From the NCBI GenBank assembly GCA_964342815.1, contig CAYFHS010000018.1, positions 11,631 to 65,416 on the forward strand: a DNA stretch of 53,786 bases. Reading direction: 5' to 3'. This DNA comes from an uncultured archaeon (GTDB lineage: Archaea; Thermoplasmatota; Penumbrarchaeia; JASLWR01). Under the pieces are notes generated by a model. It had not been told where the DNA came from, made no database searches, and saw only the letters and a program-made list of their open reading frames with translations. Both the position numbers and the translations under genes were made by a program. Below are positions 17,729-26,601 of this stretch, one piece after another (positions within the stretch are counted from its first letter, which is position 1; every line of letters starts with the position of its first letter).

Positions 17729-19396
17729 TCATCTTCGTTTTTTCTTTCGAGATATCTGTTTTTTCAGACGTTCGGCTTCCTGTGTAGCTTTCGCAAGCAA
17801 CTCAAGCGCCCGGTCCTCCTCCCCCACCATCAGGGCATTTTCGGCATCCTTGAACTTGTACTCGGCATCGGTAACATCAGCCCCGTATTCTCGGGCATTT
17901 GTGAGAATCAATTTAGCATGCGAGAACGCCTCAGAAACCTCTTTCTTCTTTGACACCCTGTTTTTCAAATTTCTGTAAACCTCTTCCGCCCTTTCCACAG
18001 CTCCCTCGATCTCTCGTGAATTGTACAATGCCTTGATACCCTGATATTCTGCTGATTCATCTTCCACCGTCATCATCATTGATTTTGCCATTTTCAGAAG
18101 TTGGCCGAACTTTTTTTGCACCTTCTCGTAGCTCTTGTCGTGCTTTTTCAGTTTATTGATCTGTTTTCTCATCTCCTGTGATCTTTTCAGAGCGCCCTTG
18201 TAATCCGATTTCTTTATGTCCGACTCCATCTTCTCGTAGTGCTTGTCAAGGTGGTCTGGACTGATCTTTCTTATACCGTATAAAAGTGACCGGATCTCCT
18301 TTGCCTCGTCCAGGGTCTTTCTGTAATACTTCTTTTCATTCCGGAGTGAGTTGCTCACTTCCTGGACTCTGCTTAAAGCGTCTTTGAACGAACCTTTCTT
18401 GAGAGACCTTTTAGCGACTTCGATCTCTGATTCCAGCTCATTGGGATTCATACCGTCCGCCCTTGCTTTCGTCACCGCCTTGGCAATATCATCCACCCTT
18501 CTCTGTGTCCGATAAAAAGCTTTTTTCGTCTCTTCCAATTCTTCCTTGCTCACCCGCCCGTATTCCATTGCCCTGGTAAAATCATTCACGGCGTACATTT
18601 TCTTGGCGTTATCTAGTTTATCTTTTATGGTATCCAGCGGGAAACTGACCTCATCCTCGAAATCCGTAACCGAAGCTTCCAGATCCTCCACCATAACCAA
18701 TATCTTCCTTCGCTCTTCTTTCAAGGCCTCATTGAGCTTTTTTGTGAACGAATATCTCTTCAGTGCATGCTGGATACCCATCCCCAATGGGAATGATATC
18801 AGCATGTAAACCAATATCCACTTTGGAAAAGGGAAATAGCAGCAAAGATTGACCTTGTCCATCATATGCATTGTGAGATTCCAGGGGACGCTCAGGGTAG
18901 CAACTTCCAGCCCATCGATGAAATCGGCCCATATCCAAGTGAATATGGCAATAGCGATGAGCATCGTGTAAACCATCATCTTCATGTTGGTGAACATCAT
19001 GTTCTGCTGCATGGACATCATTTTCTGTTGGTATACAGTGATCTTTCTCTCCTTTTCAGTATCACCGCTCATTTTCGCTTCTTTCAAAGCCTTATTTATG
19101 GTCTTTATCTGTTTCTGGTTCTTGGCCATTTCAATCCAGTCAGTTTGGAAATGTCTTATTGTGGACGATATGGCAACCAGTATCATACCAGCTAGGAGAA
19201 ATGTTATCAGAGGAAATCTGTAGTCGAATCCGATCAATGGTGTCAACACGATTCCGATAAAACCGGCGATCTGCATTCTCAGTTCCATGTTGAACATGAT
19301 AAAAACGGTAATGAATCCCAGGAAAATCAATATAAAACCCGAAGGTCCCTTGCACATTTCGGGGGTTGATCCGGGTTTATTATTCGCAGATGTCAT
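17729..19396 (-). CDS. DUF106 (EMC3/TMCO1/Get1, Oxa1-superfamily) membrane protein with an extra approx. 340-aa helical repeat tail
   Basis: IGFDYRFPLITF, RHFQTDWIEMA, K.M.YTM...I.IF.W, VPW, WI..Y...S.P; tail with about 5 A...G.D....E....A...L..G....A repeats. Confidence 0.85.
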   Translation of the reverse strand: MTSANNKPGSTPEMCKGPSGFILIFLGFITVFIMFNMELRMQIAGFIGIVLTPLIGFDYRFPLITFLLAGMILVAISSTIRHFQTDWIEMAKNQKQIKTINKALKEAKMSGDTEKERKITVYQQKMMSMQQNMMFTNMKMMVYTMLIAIAIFTWIWADFIDGLEVATLSVPWNLTMHMMDKVNLCCYFPFPKWILVYMLISFPLGMGIQHALKRYSFTKKLNEALKEERRKILVMVEDLEASVTDFEDEVSFPLDTIKDKLDNAKKMYAVNDFTRAMEYGRVSKEELEETKKAFYRTQRRVDDIAKAVTKARADGMNPNELESEIEVAKRSLKKGSFKDALSRVQEVSNSLRNEKKYYRKTLDEAKEIRSLLYGIRKISPDHLDKHYEKMESDIKKSDYKGALKRSQEMRKQINKLKKHDKSYEKVQKKFGQLLKMAKSMMMTVEDESAEYQGIKALYNSREIEGAVERAEEVYRNLKNRVSKKKEVSEAFSHAKLILTNAREYGADVTDAEYKFKDAENALMVGEEDRALELLAKATQEAERLKKQISRKKKRR

Positions 19397-19466
19397 GTGT
19401 TACAACTCACCCCCCTAATCAGTATTTTGGCATATGTAATTTACTAACAATTGCTTCTCATATGAA

Positions 19467-19661
19467 GGTGACCCATACTGGCTCCCGGCGCAATATCGGA
19501 GAAACTTTTCTCCACCACCTGTAGGTACGCAAGTACCGAAGGAGCAGGTGCATACCAATGCTCTGGAGCCCGTAGATTTCATCTTGAAATTGAGGGATTG
19601 AGGCAATCTCTGATTGTCCAGAGTGAAACTGCTCACCACACAGGACAAGTGGTGACTTGTC
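19467..19661 (+). other. Hairpin-rich non-coding segment, possible structured RNA or group II intron domain I remnant
   Basis: GGAGAAA/TTTCTCC; CACCTG/CAGGTG enclosing GGTAC-GCAA-GTACC; GACAAGT/ACTTGTC; resemblance to intron DI is from memory only. Confidence 0.35.
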
Positions 19662-19663
19662 GT

Positions 19664-19749
19664 GTAAAGCCGACCCATTCTGGCTCAACTTTACCAAGAA
19701 GACAGTCACTTTGTTCCCGTCTTTACGTGTAAAGCCGTCCCATTCTGGC
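19664..19749 (-). repeat. 63-bp dispersed repeat copy B (19664-19726) plus tandem partial copy (19729-19749)
   Basis: 61/63 to copy A; GTAAAGCCG(A/T)CCCATTCTGGC repeats with a 65-bp period. Confidence 0.95.
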
Positions 19750-19922
19750 ACCCGACATAGAATCGAGGATTCTATTAGGGTTAATAGAAACTTGTTTCTA
19801 TGTCACCCGTAGGCATACTTGCCGAGGGTGCAGCAATAGCATGGGTATTGCACATGACTATCGGGCAACCACCCGATAGTCGCAGCAACACTTTAGAGTG
19901 TTGCGGAGCAAAGCGGGCATGT

Positions 19923-19960
19923 CTTTACCAAGAAGTCAGTCCAAATGTTCCTGACTTTAC
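19923..19960 (-). repeat. Degenerate 38-bp copy C of the dispersed repeat
   Basis: CTTTACCAAGAAGTCAGTCCAAATGTTCCTGACTTTAC is 31/38 identical to 19689-19726. Confidence 0.85.
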
Positions 19961-19987
19961 TTGCTAAGATGAATTTTTTTCCCAACA

Positions 19988-20707
19988 TCATATCTTCGCT
20001 GATATGTCTATCTCCATTGACACAGGATCATTCTCGTCTTTACTCAGTTTCTCCCTAAGAAACCAGGGTGAAATTACTTCTATACGATCATGGTAGTGGG
20101 TTCTTTCCGGTATTATTATTGCACCTTCCACACCCTCTATCTTGCACGGATGGCAATTTACACTCCCAAAGGTCCGCCCCTTGTCCGTAAATCCTTTTAT
20201 CCGGATACAATCTACTGAAGAAAGCGCATCCAACCCGGGAATGGATTCGAGGTCCAATTTGATATTGAAAGTACCGCTGAATGGTTCAAAGCCGAGTTTT
20301 TCTTTTATCTGGTCCCGGTAATGCACCAGAGAAATATAGTAAGCACCCTCTCCAAAACCTGATTCAAGGGTACCGGTTAATCTTACCAGCTTTTTGTTCC
20401 TACCGGGGCCGAATATGCGCCTGTACTCATTGAACCTTCCAAGGAGAACATTCCTGCCCGATTCGGTGATTTTTATCTTCGATGCCTTCTTTGTGTAGCT
20501 CCGCTTGATCAATCCAACTTTTTCCAGCTGAATTAGATATGAGGAAGCGCTCTGTTGGCTCTTCCCTAACCATTCCGCTAATTCTACGGTTTTAAGAAGG
20601 ATGAAATCATGGAGACATCCCTTTAAGGCTAAACCCCTCAGCACATCGACATAAATCGGCTCTATCATAGTCATACACGGCTCAGTATTATATTGGACTA
20701 TCTTCAA
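19988..20707 (-). CDS. ribK: CTP-dependent riboflavin kinase with N-terminal winged HTH (RbkR-like)
   Basis: ELAEWLGKSQQSASSYL HTH; G.LESGFGEGAYYIS, LGFEPFSGTFN, RTFG.V, I.PERTHY, EVISPWFLR. Confidence 0.92.
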   Translation of the reverse strand: MKIVQYNTEPCMTMIEPIYVDVLRGLALKGCLHDFILLKTVELAEWLGKSQQSASSYLIQLEKVGLIKRSYTKKASKIKITESGRNVLLGRFNEYRRIFGPGRNKKLVRLTGTLESGFGEGAYYISLVHYRDQIKEKLGFEPFSGTFNIKLDLESIPGLDALSSVDCIRIKGFTDKGRTFGSVNCHPCKIEGVEGAIIIPERTHYHDRIEVISPWFLREKLSKDENDPVSMEIDISAKI

Positions 20708-20841
20708 ATCCCAGCGACGTGGGAAATAAGGCTATCAGGGTAACAATAGTCAATGAAGCGACCTCTCTCCCAAGAAATTGGAATTTTGATTCTCCGACTA
20801 TAGACGGCTATTGATTCTTGCATCAAGAATGGACTGTTTAT

Positions 20842-21513
20842 TCACTGCGGAGGTTGAACCATCCCTGGTTGTATCTGTCCTGGAGGGGCTTGACCAGGTG
20901 CTTGGTAACCTGGCTGTATTTGTCCCATCTGTGCTTGCTGCATGGGAGGCTGTTGTACGGGAGCGCCTTGCATGGGGGCTTGGCCATATCCCTGCTGCAT
21001 GGGTGCTGGGGCCTGCTGAACCGGCGGTGCAGGCATTTGTGACTGTTGAAGGGGTTGGGCTGCTGCGAATGAAGTCTGTTGTTGATACCCCACCATGGAA
21101 CCGGAAACAGTATTGAAATCCCGTACCTGATTATCTTGTGCATTATGTTCCACCACTTGCTCTTGGGGGAATTGTTGTTTTTCGGCACTGCTGAGGGTAA
21201 ACGCGCTCATATCGACCTCGCCATCATCTTCGAAAGTGGTTTTGAAGCTCTCCTGTCCGAAGGTTCCTTGCTCTTCAGGAGGGTAAAAACCAATTTTTGT
21301 ATTCACTTTTATGTTTCCCCTGACGGCTTTGCTTATATTCTCCAATATCCTTTTGTGTTTTCCCTTGGAAAGGATAGTCAATACAACCAACGCTATTACC
21401 AAAAGGAGTATCAGTGCAATGGTACCGAATACCACAACCTGTACCCAGGTTTTGTAACTTTCCATTAACCCAAACAATTTCACATCTCCTTGTCTATTTT
21501 TACTTTCTACCAA
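20842..21513 (-). CDS. Single-pass membrane protein with Gln/Pro-rich cytoplasmic tail
   Basis: N-terminal TM helix; QAPMQ/PPGQ repeats. Confidence 0.75.
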   Translation of the reverse strand: MVESKNRQGDVKLFGLMESYKTWVQVVVFGTIALILLLVIALVVLTILSKGKHKRILENISKAVRGNIKVNTKIGFYPPEEQGTFGQESFKTTFEDDGEVDMSAFTLSSAEKQQFPQEQVVEHNAQDNQVRDFNTVSGSMVGYQQQTSFAAAQPLQQSQMPAPPVQQAPAPMQQGYGQAPMQGAPVQQPPMQQAQMGQIQPGYQAPGQAPPGQIQPGMVQPPQ

Positions 21514-24233
21514 TTATCATCATATTCATCATCATAATCAGGATAATCATCGTCACCCACCATGAACTGTTCCGCTTCCTCTCCCCACCCACTGGGATCA
21601 TACTCTTCACGTTCTATCTCGTCCATGCTCTTTCTATCATCAACGAAGAATGAATCGACATCCAGACCCTTGGAATAGGATCTCCGTCTAATGAGCAGGA
21701 ATATAACCAGAACAATGACCGCCAATAGCATGACGCCTCCCAATATCAAAAGAATAAGACCCAACGAAGAGGAAGACTTTACTGGTGCTTTGTTTAGAGC
21801 GTCCAAGGGATACGGATCCAGCTTCGTGACGTTCGTGGTGGAATCTCCAGGTCCTTTTCCCAGGTTCCATTCGTCGGGTAATCCGTCTTTATCCGTGTCC
21901 TTGCTTATGGATGGATCCATGGGGAAAGCATCAAGGATAAGGCCCGTCTCTGAGTCCCTTTCATTCATTTCATCATTCCAGCCGTCGGGGTATCCGTCAC
22001 CATCGGTATCCAAACTGGCGGCTGCATCGTCCGGAAAGGCATCAGCAGAGGTTCCGTTGGCATTATCTCCAAACCCATCACCGTCTCTATCTAACCATTG
22101 GGTCGGATTATCCGGAAATGCGTCGAGCTTCAGGTAAGTGGTGGAAGTGCTCTCGTCCATACCCGGATTCCATTCATCGGGATATTTGTCACCGTCAGCG
22201 TCCAAGGCTGCGGCGGGATCGGCTGGAAAAGCATCTGCATTATTTCCGGTCTTATTGTCCCCGTAACCGTCTTTATCGCTGTCCTTCCACTGGGTCGGTT
22301 CGGTGGGAAACGCATCTGCATTGTTTCCGGTTTTATTGTCCCCGTAACCGTCTCCGTCAATATCCCGGGATTGCGTCTCATCGGTCGGAAAGACATCCAA
22401 CTCAAGGTCCGTGGTTGAACTTGACTGATTGTAACCTGTGTTGTACTTATCAGGATACCCATCGCCATCACTGTCCAAAGAAGCCGACGGATCATTTGGA
22501 AATGCATCAGTATGGCTAAGATTGGTGGTGGAATCTGAAGCGCTCTTCCCCTCGTTCCACCTATCGGGGAATCCATCGCCATCACTATCGACAGAAGCCG
22601 CCGGATCGGTTACGAAATTGTCGATCCCTTCAAGGCCTGTGGTGGAGTCGGCTGCGCTTTTATCCCGGTTCCATTCATCTGGAACTCCATCCCCGTCGCT
22701 ATCTAGAGAGGCCGCAGGGTCGTTTGGATAATGATCAAGCCTTAAAAGACCGGTGGTGGAATCCCCTGCATTCTTACCAACATTCCATTCGTCCGGTATG
22801 CCGTCCCCGTCGGAGTCATGTGAGGCCGCAGGGTCTGTCGGGAAATCATCCAGACGTGATAAATCGGTGGTGCTGTTAAGAGGACCCATCCCAGGATTCC
22901 AACTATCCGGATACCCATCGTCATCAGTGTCCATGCTAGCTGCCGGATCGTTGATGAAATCGTCCAGTCTCAATTTTGGGATAGATGTGGAATCCTGTTC
23001 GGATTTTCCGGGATTCCAGTCATCGGGATATCCATCCCCATCCGTGTCGTTATGAGCCGCGGGATCCGAAATGAACATGTCCAGACTCAGACCGGTTGTC
23101 GAATCGCTTTTACTCTTTCCAGGGTTCCAGCTATCGGTGTAGCCGTCAGAATCAGTATCCATCGAAGCTGCGATATCATTGGGAAATGCGTCGGTATGAG
23201 TTATGCCCGTGGTGGAATCTTCCTTTGATTTTCCAGGGTTCCAGTTATCGGGATATCCATCCCCATCCGTATCAATTGCAGCAGCAGGATCTGTAAGGAA
23301 TCTATCCGGATCATTACCGCTTTGATTGTCACCGTAACCGTCCCCATCAGTGTCTATCCACTGTGTGGATTCATACGGAACGCCATCATTGCCGTTGAAA
23401 TAACCATCTCCGTCAATGTCCCAATCGCGATTATCCCCCATACCGTCATTATCCGTATCGTTCCACTCATTGGCATCATATTCAAAAGCATCATTTTGAT
23501 TAAGTATTCCGTCTCCGTCTATGTCAGGTTCCTGGCCATCCGGGATGCCATCTTCATCAAAATCACGCCATTCATAGCTATTGGATGAAAAAAAGTCGAG
23601 ACCTCCTATTTCGGGATATTTTGGATCCGGCATACCATCGTGATCATAGTCTTGGTAGTGGATACTATTACTGGTAGGAAAATAATCGGCATCATCTCCA
23701 TAGCCGTCTCCATCAGTGTCAGTGGTTGATACATCATCAATATATAAAACAAAAATTAAGAACATCAATGTGCGGCCGCTGAATTGGGGTTTGCCAGTAT
23801 TATTGAATCCATAGGCGTCTTCTGGTGGGAGAATAATGGTCTTGTTCTCCCCCACTTTCATTCCTAAAACCGCATCTTTAAATCCTTGTATAGTATTGGT
23901 AGTAACTTTATAATCACCCTCGCCCCCCGATGCGAAATTATAATAATAATTTGACCTTGGAATTACCGCTTTATTATGGACTCCCGCTATATTTGTTGTG
24001 AACATCAATCCATCCATATAATAACCAACGTAATCCACATAGGGCTCGTCGTTTGACGTCACCACTGCATTATCTACTCGTCGGGTTCTCTCGCTTTCTA
24101 GCTCCACAGGTACGATCCGTTTATCTCTGGTATTCGAATCGACGTGTTGGTGTGAAACCCATACGGGAGCGGTTGCCATTATTATTAAAGATAGGACGAT
24201 TACGATGGTTCTGACGTTCAGACTCGCAGACAT
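21507..24233 (-). CDS. Surface protein: FKBP-type PPIase domain, about 20 thrombospondin type-3-like Ca-binding repeats, TM anchor, acidic tail
   Basis: VDYVGY..DG..F...I.GF..AVLGMKVGE.KTIILPPEDAYG; D.DGDG.PD...DAFP.DP repeats. Confidence 0.88.
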   Translation of the reverse strand: MSASLNVRTIVIVLSLIIMATAPVWVSHQHVDSNTRDKRIVPVELESERTRRVDNAVVTSNDEPYVDYVGYYMDGLMFTTNIAGVHNKAVIPRSNYYYNFASGGEGDYKVTTNTIQGFKDAVLGMKVGENKTIILPPEDAYGFNNTGKPQFSGRTLMFLIFVLYIDDVSTTDTDGDGYGDDADYFPTSNSIHYQDYDHDGMPDPKYPEIGGLDFFSSNSYEWRDFDEDGIPDGQEPDIDGDGILNQNDAFEYDANEWNDTDNDGMGDNRDWDIDGDGYFNGNDGVPYESTQWIDTDGDGYGDNQSGNDPDRFLTDPAAAIDTDGDGYPDNWNPGKSKEDSTTGITHTDAFPNDIAASMDTDSDGYTDSWNPGKSKSDSTTGLSLDMFISDPAAHNDTDGDGYPDDWNPGKSEQDSTSIPKLRLDDFINDPAASMDTDDDGYPDSWNPGMGPLNSTTDLSRLDDFPTDPAASHDSDGDGIPDEWNVGKNAGDSTTGLLRLDHYPNDPAASLDSDGDGVPDEWNRDKSAADSTTGLEGIDNFVTDPAASVDSDGDGFPDRWNEGKSASDSTTNLSHTDAFPNDPSASLDSDGDGYPDKYNTGYNQSSSTTDLELDVFPTDETQSRDIDGDGYGDNKTGNNADAFPTEPTQWKDSDKDGYGDNKTGNNADAFPADPAAALDADGDKYPDEWNPGMDESTSTTYLKLDAFPDNPTQWLDRDGDGFGDNANGTSADAFPDDAAASLDTDGDGYPDGWNDEMNERDSETGLILDAFPMDPSISKDTDKDGLPDEWNLGKGPGDSTTNVTKLDPYPLDALNKAPVKSSSSLGLILLILGGVMLLAVIVLVIFLLIRRRSYSKGLDVDSFFVDDRKSMDEIEREEYDPSGWGEEAEQFMVGDDDYPDYDDEYDDNW

Positions 24234-24425
24234 TCATATCACCATTGATCATTTTTTGCCTTTAATGAAGATAGTGTACAAAAGTTTTTCCTTGGAATAT
24301 TTTTTTCTGTACGGAGTAAATTTTTTTTTCCTGTTTCTATGGAGCGATAATATTATTATAAAGATACTTTAAATTTATGTATTCGTTTATAATTAATGTT
24401 GCTTTGCAAGCTACTGGAATCGACT

Positions 24426-25394
24426 TTAAAACTTAATAAAATCAAGAACAATGTCCACCTTTCCATACAAGACGAAGAATACCGTACAAATCCACAGAGC
24501 CATCACTGTCACCATGTACCCATCGGAAAAGACCTTCTCCGGCTCGGCACCCATATTGCGGATGTGCATCAACTGAAGATACCTGAATACTCCGAATACA
24601 ACAAAGGGTATTGTCAGGACCATGCCATTATGCGGGGCCAATGCGGAATACAGACAATATACAACAATGGTTGCGCAGGCTGTAATTGTGATAAAATGAT
24701 TGAGCATTTCTACGGAGTAGCCCTTGTAGACACGCCTATATTCACCTGCTTTCCTTCCGCCCATTTCCACCATCTCTGACCGACGTTTTCCAAAAGCCAG
24801 AAAGAGAGCCAGCAGTAATGTACAAATGATAAGCCACCACGACATCCTCGCTCCCTCAACGGAAGTAATACCTGCGATGGCACGGAGTACGAATCCGGCG
24901 CCAATGGTAAATGCATCGACCAAAACCATGTATTTTAGCAGGAAAGTATAGAGAACAAATATGATGAAATAGATTACAAGGATCAAAGAAAAAGAACCAT
25001 TGATTAGAAAATAGGACGCCAGTGGACATCCAACGTACAATAATATCATGACAATTACCGCAAAATTCACGGACAGTTCGCCGGATGCAACCGGTCTTTT
25101 GCTCTTTATGGGGTGTAGTCGGTCCTTCTTTCGGTCCACCACGTCATTAAGGATGTAAATGGATCCTGACATCAGGCAGAAAAAAACAAAACCAAGAAGA
25201 GTCTTGATGAAATAATCAGAGTTCGTCAGGTTGTAGGAGAAAATAAGACCAACGAACAACAACAAGTTCTTGTACCATTGGTACGGCCTCAGGGTCTTTA
25301 TCAGGGAAACAACGAACATCCAATGCATTATAATAATATTATTAAAAAAAGGTTTGTCCGAAATTTGCATAGACGGGCATCCCCCCGGATCCAA
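24426..25394 (-). CDS. UbiA-family prenyltransferase (decaprenyl-phosphate phosphoribosyltransferase-like); true start probably 25328 or 25319
   Basis: LRPYQWYKN, YILNDVVDRKKDRLHP.K..RPVASG, LFLAFGKRRSE. Confidence 0.9.
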   Translation of the reverse strand: MDPGGCPSMQISDKPFFNNIIIMHWMFVVSLIKTLRPYQWYKNLLLFVGLIFSYNLTNSDYFIKTLLGFVFFCLMSGSIYILNDVVDRKKDRLHPIKSKRPVASGELSVNFAVIVMILLYVGCPLASYFLINGSFSLILVIYFIIFVLYTFLLKYMVLVDAFTIGAGFVLRAIAGITSVEGARMSWWLIICTLLLALFLAFGKRRSEMVEMGGRKAGEYRRVYKGYSVEMLNHFITITACATIVVYCLYSALAPHNGMVLTIPFVVFGVFRYLQLMHIRNMGAEPEKVFSDGYMVTVMALWICTVFFVLYGKVDIVLDFIKF

Positions 25395-25406
25395 CGGAGG
25401 CAGTGC

Positions 25407-26516
25407 GTGCAGGTACTAAGGGTCAACAAAATTTATGGAGAACTGTACCGGAATGAGATCCGATTTATGGGAGTTCTCAAAAAAACCTGCCTGTTCGAAG
25501 AAGACGGGGATTATATATTCATACCGTTGAGTCGAACACTTACCGCTGATGAAATGGAAAAACTGGATTTGGCAGTATGGGATGCATACGCTTCGATAAA
25601 TCCAATAAAGCACCGGGAAAAGATCGAATTACCAAGCTGTTCCCCGGTTGAACGAGAAGGCCTGAAAAGATCTAAAAAGAAAACGACACCGCAAAATAGG
25701 GTAATTGCCCGATTGAGGGAATTTGGCTTTCCCGAACATATGTTGTATGCAGTTCCAAGAAAATGGGAGCGCTTTGGTGAAATACTCATAATTAGGTTGA
25801 ACGAAGTTCCGAGAGAATATGAATCGCTCATGGCAAATGCTTTCATGGAAGTCTTGGGGGCGACCGCGGTGTTCGCGGACCATGATGGTATCAGGGGCGA
25901 ATTTAGAACACCCGAACTTCGACGAATTGCAGGGAAAAAAAGTGTCACTACACACCTGGAGAATGGTATACGTTATACATTCGACGTAACGGGAATTATG
26001 TTTTCCTCGGGGAATATTGACGAGAGGGTGCATTTTTCAAAAATAGACGCTTCTGATGAAACCGTGGTCGATATGTTTAGCGGTATTGGTTATTTCACTT
26101 TGCCTTTGGCTGTCTACGGAAGACCTCGTAAGATTCATGCTATAGAAAAGAATCCGCAGTCATTTTCATATTTGAAATTGAACCTGGAAAAAAATCGAGT
26201 AACAAATGTCGTGGATCCAATTCTAGGTGACAACAGGGAAGTCGGGCCCACCAGTGTAGCAGACAGGGTTATAATGGGATATCTTCCTACAGCCAACATT
26301 TTCATCCCACGGGCATTGGAATTTCTTAGACCAAGCGGAGGGATCATTCATTTTCATTATACCTGCAAGAAGAAAGAACGTGAAACTATTGTGAATAAAG
26401 CTTTTAGAGATGTGCTTCATGAAAATGGAAGGGTATACGAAATTATGGATCTGAGAGTAATTAAATCCTATGCTCCCTTCATCTATCACTGCGTGGCCGA
26501 CGTGCGTGTCGGATAA
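25407..26516 (+). CDS. taw2: Trm5/TYW2-family SAM-dependent tRNA-modifying enzyme, likely Taw2
   Basis: Start set at GTG 25407 after GGAGG; GEFRTP, ENG..Y.FD....MFSSGN..ER, VDMFSGIGYF, E.NP, DRVIMGYL, GGIIHFH. Confidence 0.7.
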   Translation: MQVLRVNKIYGELYRNEIRFMGVLKKTCLFEEDGDYIFIPLSRTLTADEMEKLDLAVWDAYASINPIKHREKIELPSCSPVEREGLKRSKKKTTPQNRVIARLREFGFPEHMLYAVPRKWERFGEILIIRLNEVPREYESLMANAFMEVLGATAVFADHDGIRGEFRTPELRRIAGKKSVTTHLENGIRYTFDVTGIMFSSGNIDERVHFSKIDASDETVVDMFSGIGYFTLPLAVYGRPRKIHAIEKNPQSFSYLKLNLEKNRVTNVVDPILGDNREVGPTSVADRVIMGYLPTANIFIPRALEFLRPSGGIIHFHYTCKKKERETIVNKAFRDVLHENGRVYEIMDLRVIKSYAPFIYHCVADVRVG

Positions 26517-26601
26517 GTTGTTAAAAGGGAAAACAACGGGTAAAAATAAATCAAAGGAAATCATTGTATCAAGCAAATTACAAATCTATCAGGCGAAATT
26601 T

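Noticed and set aside
15028-19751. ORFs 15028..15237 and 19458..19751 sharing NKVTVFLVKLSQNGSAL as paralogous proteins
   Set aside because: The shared peptide is simply the 63-bp DNA repeat; the flanks are unrelated and lack coding character.
19661-19960. Mini-CRISPR formed by the GTAAAG repeats
   Set aside because: Irregular spacing, partial copies, no 30-40-nt unique spacers and no cas genes.
19440-20840. FMN riboswitch near ribK
   Set aside because: The conserved RFN motifs are not found on either side; the HTH-kinase fusion is itself the expected regulator.
25278-25406. N-terminal extensions of taw2 (from 25278) and the S8 peptidase (from 26470)
   Set aside because: They overlap neighbouring genes or the divergent promoter; better starts with an RBS or signal peptide exist at 25407 and 26602.
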